A stretch of DNA of 64,000 nucleotides from Lama guanicoe (taxonomy: Eukaryota). Positions 26,721-39,660 of this stretch are shown one piece after another; position 1 is the first letter of the stretch, and each line of letters opens with the position of its first letter. The notes under the pieces were generated by a model. It worked only from the letters and a program-made list of their open reading frames with translations, searched no databases and had not been told where the DNA came from. The stretch spans positions 1,277,168 to 1,341,167 of the forward strand of contig MU053482.1 in NCBI GenBank assembly GCA_013239625.1, written 5' to 3'. The translations under genes were made by a program, and so were the position numbers.

Positions 26721-27379
26721 GAATGAGCCTCTGTGCAGAAAGGCTCAGAATGAAGTGGGGAAAAAGTTCATGGTTTTAACTTTGGGCACTTGAATAGTTG
26801 GAGGCTCCAAACACTGTGACCAGAAAAAGGTGTCCACCGGTTTTTGGTTTTGAGGTTGCAGAAAGGAAGCTGCTGCCTTTCAGATGCCCTGGGTTCAGAA
26901 GTTGTTCGGCTTCTCCTCTGCTCAGAAGTTGTCCGCTGTGGAGATTAGTCTGCTGTTAGCCGAAGGAGCTGCCGCGTTTCCGGGGAAGGCTCTCGGGAAT
27001 CCTCTTCTGCCTGCTTCTCAGAGGCCGTGGGTTTAGGCTGCAAGTTGTTCCTGCCCACTCTTTAGGGGATGAGCATGAGTGTGTGGAGTGAGCAAGAGTG
27101 AATGATGTTGGGGGCTGCGGTAGCATCTGCACTCACAGAACACAGGCTCTTTCCTCGTTTGTCACTAGCTTTGACCTGGTGAAGCTGGGTCTCCATGTAT
27201 TTTCATGTTGAGGCTGAATGTTTTTAGAAGCAGGAAGGGCAAAATCAGCTGACAGATAAGAGATCTGACATTGTAACTGTAGAAGAACAGGAGGGACAGG
27301 AAGTGGCCGGCTCGGAAGGTCCCTGACCCCAGTGCCCAAACATTGAGCCTGCTGGCTTTTGCGTGTGACCTCTGCAGCT

Positions 27380-27900
27380 CGTTGAGCAAATATTTATCAA
27401 GTTCCAGGTGCTGGGTGTCCAAGGGTGAGCAAAGGAGAACCAGTCTCCGTTCTTGTGGATTTTCCATCTAATGCTTGGAGGGTGGAGGTTCAACAGTCCC
27501 AGTAAATAAAACCTGAAATTTGTAAGTTGCTAAGTGCAGCCAGGAAGAGGAGCTGTCAGTTGTATCATTCAGGGCTATTACTGATTGAGAAGGAGTGGTC
27601 AGGAGGCCTTCTTTGAGGAAGTAACACTTCACTGAAACCTGAAAAAGTAGGAGTGAGTTAGGTAAAAAATAGGAAGAAAACCATGTGTCTGAGCTCAGTA
27701 ATGGAGGGGAGACACGGGCAGACGCCAGATCATACAGGACAGCGAAGACTATGGGAAGGGTTGTGGGTGATGTGGTTTGTGTGATGGGAGACTTGTAGCA
27801 GGGAAGTGGCATGAGACACATGGTTGGGGGGGATCCAATTCATATTTTAAGAAAATTATTCTAGCTGTGATGTGGCGTCTGGTGAGCTGTGTTGTGAAAA
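27380..27900 (-). mobile_element. L2 fragment
   Basis: gcaaatatttatcaag...gtggtcaggaggccttctttgaggaagtaacac...gccagatcatacagg...tttaagaaaattattctagctg. Confidence 0.65.
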
Positions 27901-29419
27901 GTGAGGCAAATGAACCAAATTAGAGAGCCTGAGGGCTTGCTGGGATCAACACGTACAAACCCCTCATTTAAAAAAGCCCAAGAGAAGGCTCAGGACCTCA
28001 CGGTTATTCATTTTGAACCCTGTTCTCTGTCTCCCAGTCCAGTTCTCTTTCCTTATCTCTCCAGCCAACTATTTAGAAAATTATGGGTTTAGAACCCAGC
28101 AGAAATCCCGAGTGTGCTCAGCCCCTGCCCAGTTTCCGAGATGAGGGCATTGCAGCCACCTGAGAGCACGCTGAGGTGACCAGACATTTCGACAAAGGTT
28201 TACATCCATTGTCTTAAGGATTGAAAAAGGACCTCTTCCTGGAGGAAATAGGTGAGAAGTGCACTTCCCACTGCTTACTCTTTATTTGCCTGTATCCAAA
28301 TGAAGATTTTTACCCAGGAGAGCTTCCAGCCACGATGTGCCTGGGACCGTAGGCGTCATGTCCCAGCTGCTGGGGTAGATGTGGTACCTCTGCACCTTGT
28401 GCAGAAGTTCTGTCTGTGGCGGAACTAATTCTGCACATAATGCAGTGTGAGAAAGCCCTTTCTGTCCCTGAGACCCAGGCTGTGAGCTCTGGCCTCTGTG
28501 GACAGTTTGAAGTCTCCTGAGGGAGACTCTAAGCAAGGAGACTTCAGATCCCCCGAGGATGACTCAAACAAAACATATTTTTCTTCTACTTTTAGAAATT
28601 TAAGGAGCATTAAAAAGAAAATAAAAACCAAAAGACAAAGTACGAAGTAATGGATGTATCAAAGGCAGTATAATCAGTACCTTCCTGTTGTCTACCCGAA
28701 ACACAACTGCCAGATTCTTATTTTTAAAATGCTCTTTAAAGAAAAATCCCTTTTCAGCCTGTGAACCTGACCCAACCCATGCCCGAGGACTTGCGCTTAG
28801 TCTGAACAAGAAGACCCGGGCTCTTCTGCCTGCTTGGCCTTTAAGACATTTTTAACCCAACCTCAACTTACCTTTTTAGTTTCATCATTTATATCCACTC
28901 TGATGAGCTCCCAGGTATACTCCTTGCCTTTTCTGAGCTGGTACCCCAATGTCCTCTTCTGATTCCCACCCACTTCCTCTGACTCCATCAAGGCCCTCCC
29001 TTTCCATCAGTCCCTGTAGTGATGTAGTGGACTCCCGCCCCAGTCTCCAGTACTTCCCATCTGCCTGGCCCACCCACCCCTTCTCATATGCTTCCTCAAG
29101 CCGGGGTGGCTTGGAAAGCAGGTTTTTCTTAGCCCAGGTTTTTGAAGGTGGAAATACTCTGTCTCTTTTATTTTCCCATGCAGAGGGGGAGGTTCCAGCA
29201 GAAGAGGATGAGGTGTGACCTGGTAGGAGGCTAGGAGACCTTGTCCTTGGACCAGCCCAAGAGGGCATTGGAGCAAGACTGAATTTTTGTGTTTTGGGGC
29301 AATGAGGTGGATGCCGATGGTCAAGAAGGCACAGAGCTGGAGGGGAAGCATTTGCTCAGAAAAGAGACCTTGTTTCACAGCTTTTGGGGGATGGGGGACT
29401 GTGTCCTGTTTCCATTAAT

Positions 29420-29650
29420 AACATGCAGTTTGAAATAAAGCCCAGATTGGGCTCTTGGCTTAGCCATACTTACTAGCTATGTGATGAGGTAGATTACCTC
29501 AAATCCTGGATTTCTTCATCTCTAAAATAAGGAAAATGATAGTGCCTACCACATACAGGCTTTATGAGGATCAAGTAAGATGATGTATGTAAAATGCTTA
29601 GAGTATCATGCAGGTAGGGAACGTTCAGTAAAAGTTAACTGCTATTGGCC
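29420..29650 (+). mobile_element. MIR SINE
   Basis: gccatacttactagctatgtga...ttcatctctaaaataagg...gaggatcaagtaagatgatgtatgtaaaatgcttag. Confidence 0.75.
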
Positions 29651-30383
29651 ATTACCAGGAAGGGGGTGACTGAAGGAGAGACAGGTGGGACCAGTTTGGT
29701 TCTCTCCTAGGAATGAATCTCAGGCCATCATTTCTTTAGCTCTGGGCCCCTTTCCCAAACCAAAGACTGTGAAGAGGCAGCTGGGACCTGGCCTACCGTG
29801 GGTGGCCAGAGGCCCCCCTGCTGGCTCTGACCAGCTTGGCTGTGGCTGCCGAGAGAAAGCTGACCAGGGCTGCTCCTCCAGCCCCTTCCCCAAAAGTTAG
29901 AGCCCTGGGACGAGGTAACCTCCTGCCACAAGCACCCAGAGGGCCTCCGCCCCTCAGCTGTTTGGTTCTTGACTGACTCAAAAGCAGCTCACACCTGCAC
30001 TTTGAGATCAGCGAAGCCAACCCACATAGTCATGAAAGCCTCTTAAAATAGCTACAAGCAGGATCTGTGGGGTCCACTGACTGCCCTCCGAGCAGTTTAT
30101 TTTCCCAGGAACAGGAATCCCAGCACCGTCAGCGTCTTCACACTGCTGCGGGCTTCAAGTACTCTGAGTGTTTACACCAAATTCCAAACCAAAGCTGCAG
30201 ACCAACCCCTCTCCCAGCCAAAAAAAAAAATCCGGAATCGCCATGGGTTCCCTCAAGCAGTTGGCTTGGGTTCTGCAGTAGAATGTGGACTGAACTCAAA
30301 CTGCTAATGTGAGACTTCATTCTGTGTCATCTGGGGCTCAAATGGTTGATACAGTAGCCTGGCCACTTGGGCAAAGATAAGAA

Positions 30384-30902
30384 TGTTACTGAGTCCAAGC
30401 TTGTTTTGCTCACCACACGATAGGCCAATAAATCAGGAAACGAGGTGTTGGGTCAGGGAATAGCGACTTTATTTGGAAAGCTGGCAGACGGAGAAGATGG
30501 CAGACTAATGTCTTGGAGAACCCTCTTCCTCAAGTCAGAATTCAGGCTTTTATACCAAAAAGGGGAGGGGGTGTGGTTGGTTGTTGAAAAATTCTTGGCG
30601 TAGGAATTCTTTGTTCTTGTAGCTGTCCACGTGGGTCAGGTCATGGTGCCACTGTAAAACCTCTAACAAAACAAATGTTATTTTCTATTCTGCAACTTGT
30701 CATCTTTATTTAAGTGCAAAACTGTTAATATCCTTAAAGGTCAGAGTCTTGAGAATAGGCTCTCCTGTATATTTCAGGCTCAAGGCAACATTCTTTTACA
30801 AAAGGTACAGAGCTAGCAAGACTAAGTCTAGAATGCAGGTTGTAGGGTTAAAGCCAAAGAAACAGGTCTAATATGGAGTCAGATTTGTTTTTTTCTGTTG
30901 CA
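30384..30902 (-). mobile_element. ERV1-class solo LTR (MER41-like, cetartiodactyl type), 519 bp
   Basis: TG...CA termini, AATAAA on - strand (actttatt at about 30466), near-TSD agaa/aaaa. Confidence 0.75.
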
Positions 30903-33858
30903 AAAAGACACACAGGCATCCAGACATTGACTTGTCTGCACTTGAGTCAGACTGGTGAAGGCTGGAGAAGTAGGCAGTGGCTTCTGTGAAAGCTGATCCT
31001 ATTGGCTCAGAGCAGGGATCCTGCATCCAGCTACTTGAGTTCACATCTCAGCTCTGTGTGACCTTGGACATTGGATTTAACCTCCCTGAGATTCAGTTTC
31101 CTTGACTGTAAATGATGGATAGCTAATTCAGTACTTGTAAAGTGCTTAGAAAACACTTCCTAAGTATTATGGTGATGGTGACCTTGACCACAGCAGACAG
31201 CCTGTGGTTACTCCAGAGCCATGTGCCCAACCTTGGTTCTGGGCAGAGAGGTTTTTCAAGACCACAAGGAGGATGACAGTGGGTATGGTTACTCTAGGGT
31301 TCTAGCCACCCCCTGTTCCCTGTAGGTATATCCTCCCAAAATGTTCCCACATCATCTTCCCTGGCATAATTGAGTTAGAATTCTGCCGTCTCTGACTCTA
31401 GCACCTGTGGCTCCTGTCTGCCAGCTATTAGGAGAGACCCTTCAGGCCTCTTTTCCAGCAAGGTTTAACAAAGTGGCATCATACCAAGGTGATTTGCTGA
31501 ATAGCTTGTGGATACGCTGAGCAGCACGGCGGTTGGTGGTTCCATGAGCTGGCAACAGCAGTTGGGGTCCCTTGACTCATCCCTGCCTTCTTCCCCTCTC
31601 CCATCTTCTGTATCAACCCTTTCACACTTTTTCCTTTGTCCCCAGCAGCATACTCCCCTCTCAACTGATGTCACCACCTACTTCACTGAAAAAAAAAATT
31701 AGCCACATGTAGCTTGAAATCATCATCTTTCCTCCCCTTCACCACAAAATGTCAATGTTCGCAGCCATCATTTTTCAGCCCTTTGGTTTCATGTGTCATG
31801 AGTCCCTTCTCTTGGCCAAGGCTCTCCCAGTATCCTGTCCACCTGACCCAGTCCTCTTCCACGTCCTCTTGTTCTCTGGTTGTTTCTTCTTTACTCTGCC
31901 CTGCCTCCTTGTCCCTTGTTCTTGGCAGAAAACACCTCTTAATTCTTAGAGAAAAACAAATCACAGTTATCTCTGACCATGTACTTGCCTCTTTATGCTA
32001 CCTTATGACTTCCCTTCCTTTCACTGTCAGGAGTCTTGAAATCAGGAGTGGGCTGAAAAATCACCATCTCTACTCCTTCCTGGTCACTCCCAAGCCCACC
32101 TCGCACTGGCTTTGTCCCTAAGAAAGCTTTCAGGTTCCTTCTATGATGTTGTTAATGCCTCTGGTTCCCAAGCAACCTTTGCTATTATCCATTTGCCCCA
32201 GGATTCCTTCCCATTTGAGCATCTTATTGGGTTAATGGCATTCTTGTGACCAAAGGCCCAGCTCCTCACTTTGGCCCTCGCCTGATCCCGCATTTTCCAC
32301 CTATGATCTTTCCCTCATGCCTATTTGATTGTTGGCTCCTCCAATAGAAGATCCAGGCAATCCAAGAGGCACTGGGCAGTTTATTTCTAATGCCTCCAGA
32401 TAAGTTGAAAGAGCGCCCCCTCTGGCCCCAACCCCAGCACCTGAGGCTGCCTCCCTGTCTCTGACTGGTGTTTTTAATAATAATGAGTCAGTATGTCTCT
32501 TGGAGTTGGCAAGATGAGGAAGGAGCACCACACAAAGAGCCTCCCCTTGGTTTTACTCTCCTCCTGGCTTTACTATCATCCCATCACAAGATAGCACACT
32601 TATAAATACCACTTCTCCTCCAGCCCAGGGCTGTAGGTCCCTTAGGCATCCTGCTACCTGATTAGTAGAATTTGGCAGAGACTGTTTATTATGCAAGGCT
32701 ATAATTTTGAAATAGGATCTTAGTAAAGCAAATGCATTTCTCTTGCTCCAAATCTGGCTTCCCAGAATGACTGGTTAGGAGCGTTCACGGGCATCATACC
32801 AATTCCTTAGTTAGAGAGCTTATAGACAGACTGTCTCCAAGGTGTTCTTTGTTTTCTGTGTTCTGGAAAATCAGAATGTCTGAAGGGTCGTGATTGTCGT
32901 GTCTTCGCAGATAGCCTATATGTATTGGGAAGACTTTACAAAGATGCTGTTCTCTTCTCCTGGGGAAATTTCTTCATAGCTTTCAAGACTCAGTCGTTCA
33001 AGTGGGGACTCCACTCTAAAGCCTCTCCTCTCCCTTGAAGGTATAATTGATTTCATCCCTCCCCTGTACCACTGCTGCTGGCTTACATACACCTCTGTGA
33101 CAGCACCTGTCACATCTCCTGGGGAGATTACAGAGCTTTTTAAGGCAGGGACTGCCTAGCAGAGAGTGGTACCTACTAAGTGTTGGGGAGTATTCGAGTC
33201 ACTGAAGCAGGATTCCATGAACCTTGGTTGACCAAGCTATTTAATTTGCTATTCATGAACTTTGCTTTGCTCTTCATTTGATAGTGACCACCCCACCAGC
33301 AACACGTAGCCTCCCCTTATATGTAATTGCAGTCAAGAGGTGGAGGGCATAAGAAGGTCATGGTCAGGATAAGGTCTGTCTCGTTGGATTCCCGGTAGCT
33401 AGGACCTGACTGTACTCCACTCATGCTGCATTTTGAAGAAACTTCTCTAGCTCTGTGCCAAAGATAGTTGGTTGGCTTGGCTAGTCCTCACCTAGAAAAA
33501 GTAGAACTGGTCCTGGGAGTAATTGATTTTATAACTGTCAGAAAGCCCTTTAACACCTTAACCAAAAAAATCTGGGGGAGGTTTTCCTATTTATAAGCAC
33601 CTGCCTGCACTCAAATCTGTTTGGTTCCCTTGGGTGATGGGTAACCTGAACCATGTAACAGAAATTGTACCCTCTGTGATCCACTTATTTTCCCCATCTT
33701 TTGTTTCTTTTTTGTCCCTTTATTTTTAAGGTCTGCATTTTTCGAGTTTCTAAAAAGTATGGTGTGCGTGTGGCGGTCCTAAGCTTGAAGTACAGCCTTA
33801 GTGACTTTAACATCTCCCCTGTTCCCAGCAGCCATGGCTCTCCTGAGATTGATTTTCT

Positions 33859-34299
33859 TCCTTTTTTTTTTTTTAAGTGAAGTATAGTTGATTTACAATG
33901 TTGTGCTAGTTTCTGGTGTACAGTATAGTGATTTAGTTATATATGTGTATGTGTATATACATGTATATACTCTTTTTCATATTTTTTATTATAGATTATT
34001 ACAAGATGTTGAATATAGTTCCCTATGATATACAGTAGGTCTTAGTTTTTTTTAGTCTCTTTTGTGTATAGTAGTGTGTATCTGCATATCTCAAACTCTT
34101 AATTTATCCCTACCCAACCCTCCCTTTCCCCTCTTGGTAACCATACATTTATTTTCTATGTTTGTGAGTCTCTATTTTGTAAATAACTTCATTTGTCTCT
34201 TTTTTTTTTTTTAAGATTCCAGGTATAAGTGATATCATGTGATATTTGTCTTTCTCTGACATACTTCACTCAGTATGATAATTTCTTGGTCCATCCATG
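33859..34299 (-). mobile_element. 5'-truncated L1 3' end
   Basis: Poly-T then gaagtatagttgatttacaatgttgtg...; TSD tgagattg(at/gc)tttct at 33844-33858 and 34300-34314. Confidence 0.9.
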
Positions 34300-34628
34300 T
34301 GAGATTGGCTTTCTGGATTTGATAAGATCCCCTTGACTAGGCAGCCTGGAAACACTACATATTTTCTTTTGTTATCCCACTAAAAGCACATGACATCTAT
34401 GATTTTAGTGACTAAAGACTTACCTAGGGCCAAGGCTTATCCAGTGTATTGTGTTCAGAATCTTAGTGTATTTACAGGCAAGGAGCCATGATACAATTTA
34501 ATGAGATCTGACGAGTTGGGGCAGTGTGTGTACTGTGGCCAGGATCCTGAAGGAACTGGAATCCATAGCTTATGAATGTGATTCTTTACCTGGTGAGGAC
34601 TGCAGACCTTGATATTACAAAAAGGAGG

Positions 34629-34754
34629 TCGGGGGGAGGGTATAGCTTAGTGGTAGAGCACATTCTTAGCAGGCACAAGGTCCTGGGTTCAATCCCCAGT
34701 ACCTCCATTAAATAAATAAACCTAATAACACCCCCCCCCGAAAGACTAAAAAAT
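34629..34754 (+). mobile_element. Vic-1-like SINE
   Basis: gggagggtatagcttagtggtagagc...gggttcaatccccagtacctccattaaataaataaacctaat; TSD aaaaaggagg at 34619-34628 and 34755-34764. Confidence 0.92.
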
Positions 34755-35396
34755 AAAAAGGAGGGCAGATGTATTTTTCGAGGAGTCCATACCAGGAGCT
34801 CTAAGCAGCAGCTTTTGGCCCTAAATAACAACATGATGGCTGGAGCTGTCTCATGGAGAGCTCACTACCTTAGGCTTTTCCCACACTCCCTGCTGGCATA
34901 CCAAATGGCACCCCCATGCAATCTTCTCCACCCCACTTGACAGTTCTGGGACCAGCTCTTTCCCCATGTTCAGTGAAGTGTGTTGCTGATGGGAGGTCTC
35001 CTGGAACATCAGTCAGGGAAGGCTGCAGAGTTGCCCTCACCCAGCGTCCCCAAGAAGGTTTCAGGGCGTATGTGGAGGCTTGTTCTCTTGGTAGAGGCCG
35101 GCCAGGCTGTGAAGGAGGCAGACCCCTGGGGATTCTGCATGGCCCCCAGCCGTGGCATCAAGCACTCACAAGATACAGAACTCTGCAGAGACCTAACATG
35201 GCCATCTCTTGGCCAAGCTGCCATGGAGGGGCCAGGCCAAGAGTGAGCAAGCATTGTGGAATCTGACCAGCCATTAGAGTCAGAGGCTGATGGCCCTGAG
35301 GAGGCTGCCGGGGGTGATTCAGCTGGAAAGCACATGTTTGATCTAAATTTGACCTGACCCTCAGATTGGAACAGAAATAAAAACTCAAGTTTTTAT

Positions 35397-35636
35397 TTTT
35401 TTTCTTTATTTTTTTCTTTTTTTTTATTTTTACATTTTTTATTGATTCATAATCATTTTACAGTGTTGTGTCAAATTCCAGTGTTCAGCACAATTTTTCA
35501 GTCATTCATGGACACATACACACTCATTGTCACATTTTTTTCTCTGTGATTTATCATAACATTTTGTGTATATTTCCCTGTGCTATACAGTGTAATCTTG
35601 TTTATCTATTCTACAATTTTGAAATCCCAGTCTATC
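35397..35636 (-). mobile_element. Young 5'-truncated L1 3' end
   Basis: Long T-rich tail; perfect 13-bp TSD ctcaagtttttat at 35384-35396 and 35637-35649. Confidence 0.9.
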
Positions 35637-37114
35637 CTCAAGTTTTTATGATTGGTTATTATTAGCTATTGAAATTCTCATTGTGCTCATTATAAACATG
35701 TATGTAGCACACAGTACTTAGAGTATGTATATAGTAGAATGCTTGTAAGAAGGAAAAAACTGGCTGTGTAGATGTGACTCGAAATGTCTTTTCATAGACA
35801 ATGGAAAAGTGACAGGTTCTTAGCTGTTTGCGCCACAGGCATGATTCCAGGCTCTTAGCTAACAGTGGGTTCTGTGTTGTCCCGTAGGCAATTTTTTCTT
35901 TCCATCCCAAGAGTATTTTGGTTATTATTCCCTTGGGTTATTTGTTCAGACCTTTACAGGTACTCCACAGGTGTCCTGATCAGAAATGTTGCCTCTTTTT
36001 GTTCTCTTGCACAAAAAGAATGAGTTAATTAAAACTGTCAGTACAAGGGATGTGCTGTGTCTAACTGTACTTTGGTCTTTTAGCTTAAACAAAGGCATTT
36101 AAATGACTTCCGTATTTCCATGATCATTCCAAAACTGTTTATGTACACAGAGGAAATAGTAGAGCATCCTGCTCTAAAAAAATATTCTGCACTTTTATTC
36201 CCACATGTTTTTGTGTTAATGACCTAGCTCACCCTCTGTGTCGCTCTGTGAGGTCCGATTATCTCATATTTAAAGGATGGGGAGGTTGAGATGAGGTGAC
36301 CTACCTGAGACTGTGCATGGTTAGTGCAGCCCCTCCTCCTAATCGTTCCCAGCTGTCATTTTGCAGAGAAGGTCCTGCCTTGCGGAGGGCAGGGCTGTGT
36401 TCTGTACGTGAGTATGGAAGCCTCTCCAAAAGACCCCAGGATCCCCTGCCTTGAAGTCCAGCTGGGCAAAGGGTGGGAACAGGGAAGCTGCTGTCAGCCT
36501 CCCGGCTCCCAGACTTGGCCTTTGTAGAGCCGTGTAAGACATCATTCTTTCAACATAACCTCTTATACATTTATTGTGTGTTTTTATGCTCTTACTGCCT
36601 TTCATTTATTCATTTCCCATTCACCCTTATATCTTTTAGCCCTACGTTAGCTTCCAATTTATTTCTTACTGTCTTAACTTATTTTATGTCCTCTGCCTGC
36701 CCCCCCCCGTACCCAGTTGATGCCCACAGGCATGTTGCATCCTGTAGCATTCCCTGTTTTAACCTTCTTGCTCTACATGGGAAATAGGAATGGAGGCCAA
36801 CAGGTAGTAGGTAGAAAGTCATCCTCCCACACACAAAGGAGAATGGGTGCCTTTTTTATCCCTATACTTCCCATATAGACACACCCTGCACCACAAAGTA
36901 GATCCTTATTGGCTCTAGATGATAATCCTAGTTTTAACTACGGTTGGCTCACAACTGGCAATTCCATCTTAAAAACAGCTAGTTCAAGCAGATCAAGCAA
37001 CAGTAGGTGGGATTCCTTGGTAATTCAGCATATATCCAAATAACAAAAGTGTTTCTTTGTAAGTTGTTTCTAAAGTAAATTTCAGTCAATTGATTGATCA
37101 TCCTTGGAGACAAA

Positions 37115-37500
37115 TGTATCAGTCAGGACCTTTGGTTGCAAGTAACAGAAACTTGGTTTGAACTAGTGCAGGCCAAAGGGAATCCACAAGAAGGGCAGGG
37201 TTGTATTGTTGGCTTTGGACAGCATGAACCGGGGTGAGAATGCCACCAGTCTCTTTTCATTTGTATTTCCATAAATGTTGGCTTCATAGCTCATTCCTGC
37301 TGCAAACCCACTTCCTCCACATGGAAGAAGACATGGCCACTAACAACCTCAGAACCTTCGAGCACAACCACTACCATTTTCTGTTCCTAAGTTTGAAAAT
37401 TCAGAGGAAGGATTCCAACCATCTAAGCTTTGCATCAGGAGGCTGGGAAGGGTGAGAATATCTCTAAGAAGATGGCAGCCTTCACTGGTGCCATGTGGTT
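37115..37500. mobile_element. Old MLT1-type LTR
   Basis: tgtatcagtcaggacctttggttgcaagtaacagaaac...acatggccactaacaacc. Confidence 0.55.
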
Positions 37501-37977
37501 ACAGTAAAGGTAACACTAGCAAGAGAGCAAGGGGGAAATTTAGTCTGGGGGTTTTCCAAATAATGATGAGGTTTCTTTGGGGAGCCTTAAATATCCCCTG
37601 AAAATCTCATCCCTAATTAAAATGCAGTGTCCCCCAAGGTAGGGAAAACTTGCTTTATTTCTTGAATCTGCTAGCATCCAGCTCAAGTGCAAGAGGAACT
37701 TACCAAGAGTAAACTCTTTATCCACTGGGCAAATTCAGTTTCGATTAGGGTAGTGTCTTTGTGGCCCAAACTGCCCTTTGTATAGAGACTCTGTCCATAC
37801 TGAAATTGTGGTGATCAGTCCTATGCTTCCTGAACCCGCACAGTCCTTTCTCCAGCCTCTCCCTTCTCTCCTAATCACTGAGGCTGATTACCTGTCATGG
37901 TCAACTCCATGACCTCCCAACCATAGAACATCCTATAAGGCTGCTACATCATCCTGAAGTCCTTTTCTTCCTTTTCT

Positions 37978-38098
37978 GGGGCAGTGGGAGATAATTAGAT
38001 TTACTCATTTGTTTATTTAGCTAATGGAGGTACTGGGGATTGAACCCAGCATCTCGTGCATGCTAGGCATACACTCTACCACTGAGCTATACCCTCCC
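37978..38098 (-). mobile_element. Vic-1-like SINE
   Basis: aatggaggtactggggattgaaccca...ctctaccactgagctataccctccc. Confidence 0.9.
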
Positions 38099-38406
38099 TT
38101 CACTCTTCCACTCAGAGATGGCTTAGAAAATAGCTGTTGCCCACTGGAGCTGTATATTAGGCCCACCCAGCCCCCAGCAGCAATAGCATTTTGGGTCTTC
38201 TAGGAACAGAACCATAACCTGTAAGAGTCAAGGTGCTGTGTTTTCTCTGTTCTGTGAATTCTCAGCATCATCACTCTTAAGGCCTGACATTTCTGAGCTG
38301 TGTTTTACATTCACTTCCTAGGGATCTGGGTTTTAGTGGGTGGATTCCTTTATCCAAGACTTTTCCTAGCCTCTTGAGAGCGAAGGTTTGATAGATGCAA
38401 ACTGAT

Positions 38407-38565
38407 CCATCCTGATTCAGTTCTGTGTTATGAGAGAAGGGAGTATGTTTCACTGTAGCTTGGATAGTCTTGGCTAAAGTTTCTGAGTTATTGACAGTAT
38501 ACACGTAAGAACTCCCCATCCTGATTCAGTTCTGTGTTATGAGAGAAGGGAGTATGTTTCACTGT
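38407..38565 (+). repeat. Perfect 50-bp direct repeat (38407-38456 and 38516-38565) with a 59-bp spacer
   Basis: ccatcctgattcagttctgtgttatgagagaagggagtatgtttcactgt occurs twice, identical. Confidence 0.97.
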
Positions 38566-39552
38566 GGCATTCTTCAGTGAAAGATGCAAGAGGACAAGGA
38601 AATGTCAATCTGTAGATGCCATTTCACCTCCAGAGAGTACACACATCCTTCGCCTTCACAGTATCTGTTGGTCCCACACAATATTGCAGTCAGGTAACTA
38701 ACTTGAATTACAGATTGAGGAACAGCTCTGACCATGGAAAGTTTGGATGAGAAAATTCACTTTCCCTCTGTCTCATTTGTAGAAATAACCATCAAACAGA
38801 AGAGAAAATTTGATCAAATATATGTGTTTCACACCTTAGTACATCACAAGTCCGTTGTACAGGTCTGGCCCAGTGGCTAACATCATTAGTTGAGTAAAAA
38901 TGGCCCCTTCCTTATTTATATTTATCAGTGGGTTGAGCATCCTTAATAGTGTTGAACAGGATAGAGCTCTCCTTTAAATTGTCCTCCCAGAATGGGGAGG
39001 ATTAGAAAGATGGCATGTAGCATCCTTCAGAATTCCACATGACTTTCTTCTCAGTGGAATGTCAGCATGATTCTGCCAATCTGACTTCATGCTCGGAGAG
39101 CTGGACAACTGCTCTGTCACTGATTTACCTAATAGAGAACACAGACAAGACTTTCCAGAGACTCCCAAACCTGGAATCACTCAGGGACCCAGCTGTATGG
39201 TCTCAGTATTGGTCCAAGCCTTCTACTGCTGTTCCACTGTTAGAATTAAGGAAGCAGATGTAACCTCTGACAAAGCAAGCTCTTCTTAACATAGGACAAA
39301 CAGAGCTGTGTCCCAGCTCTGTCTTTTTAAACAAGTTTCTGAATCATTGGAATGATATTTTCATAACCATCTAGCCTATTAGGCCATGATGATACCATGA
39401 TGAGCCATGTTATCCAAGAATGATGCCAAAAAGTGATCGAGCCTGTTGCCCAGTTACCAGAATAAGAAGTATGCATTTATTCACTTAAACTCAAATCCTC
39501 ACCTTTGGCTGATGAACGCTGGCATTCAACAAGATGATTCTAAACTAATCTA

Positions 39553-39660
39553 GGGGTGAGGGATATAGCTCAATGGTAGAGTGTGTGCTTGGTGTGCACG
39601 AGATCCTGGGTTTAATCCCCAGTGCCTCAGTTAGTAAAGGGAAAAAATGCCAATACTTAA
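39553..39660 (+). mobile_element. Vic-1-like SINE
   Basis: atatagctcaatggtagagtg...tcctgggtttaatccccagt; TSD taaa(c/g)taatct at 39541-39551 and 39661-39671. Confidence 0.88.

Noticed and set aside
34631..34705. tRNA genes at the tRNA-like sequences
   Set aside because: Degenerate stems, SINE tails and TSDs show these are SINE copies, not functional tRNAs.
38407..38565. CRISPR-like repeat-spacer-repeat
   Set aside because: Only two copies in a mammalian intron, no array and no cas genes; reported as a local duplication.
39300..39322. 9-bp hairpin acagagctg-tgtcc-cagctctgt as a miRNA or structured RNA
   Set aside because: Stem too short for a pre-miRNA and expected by chance.
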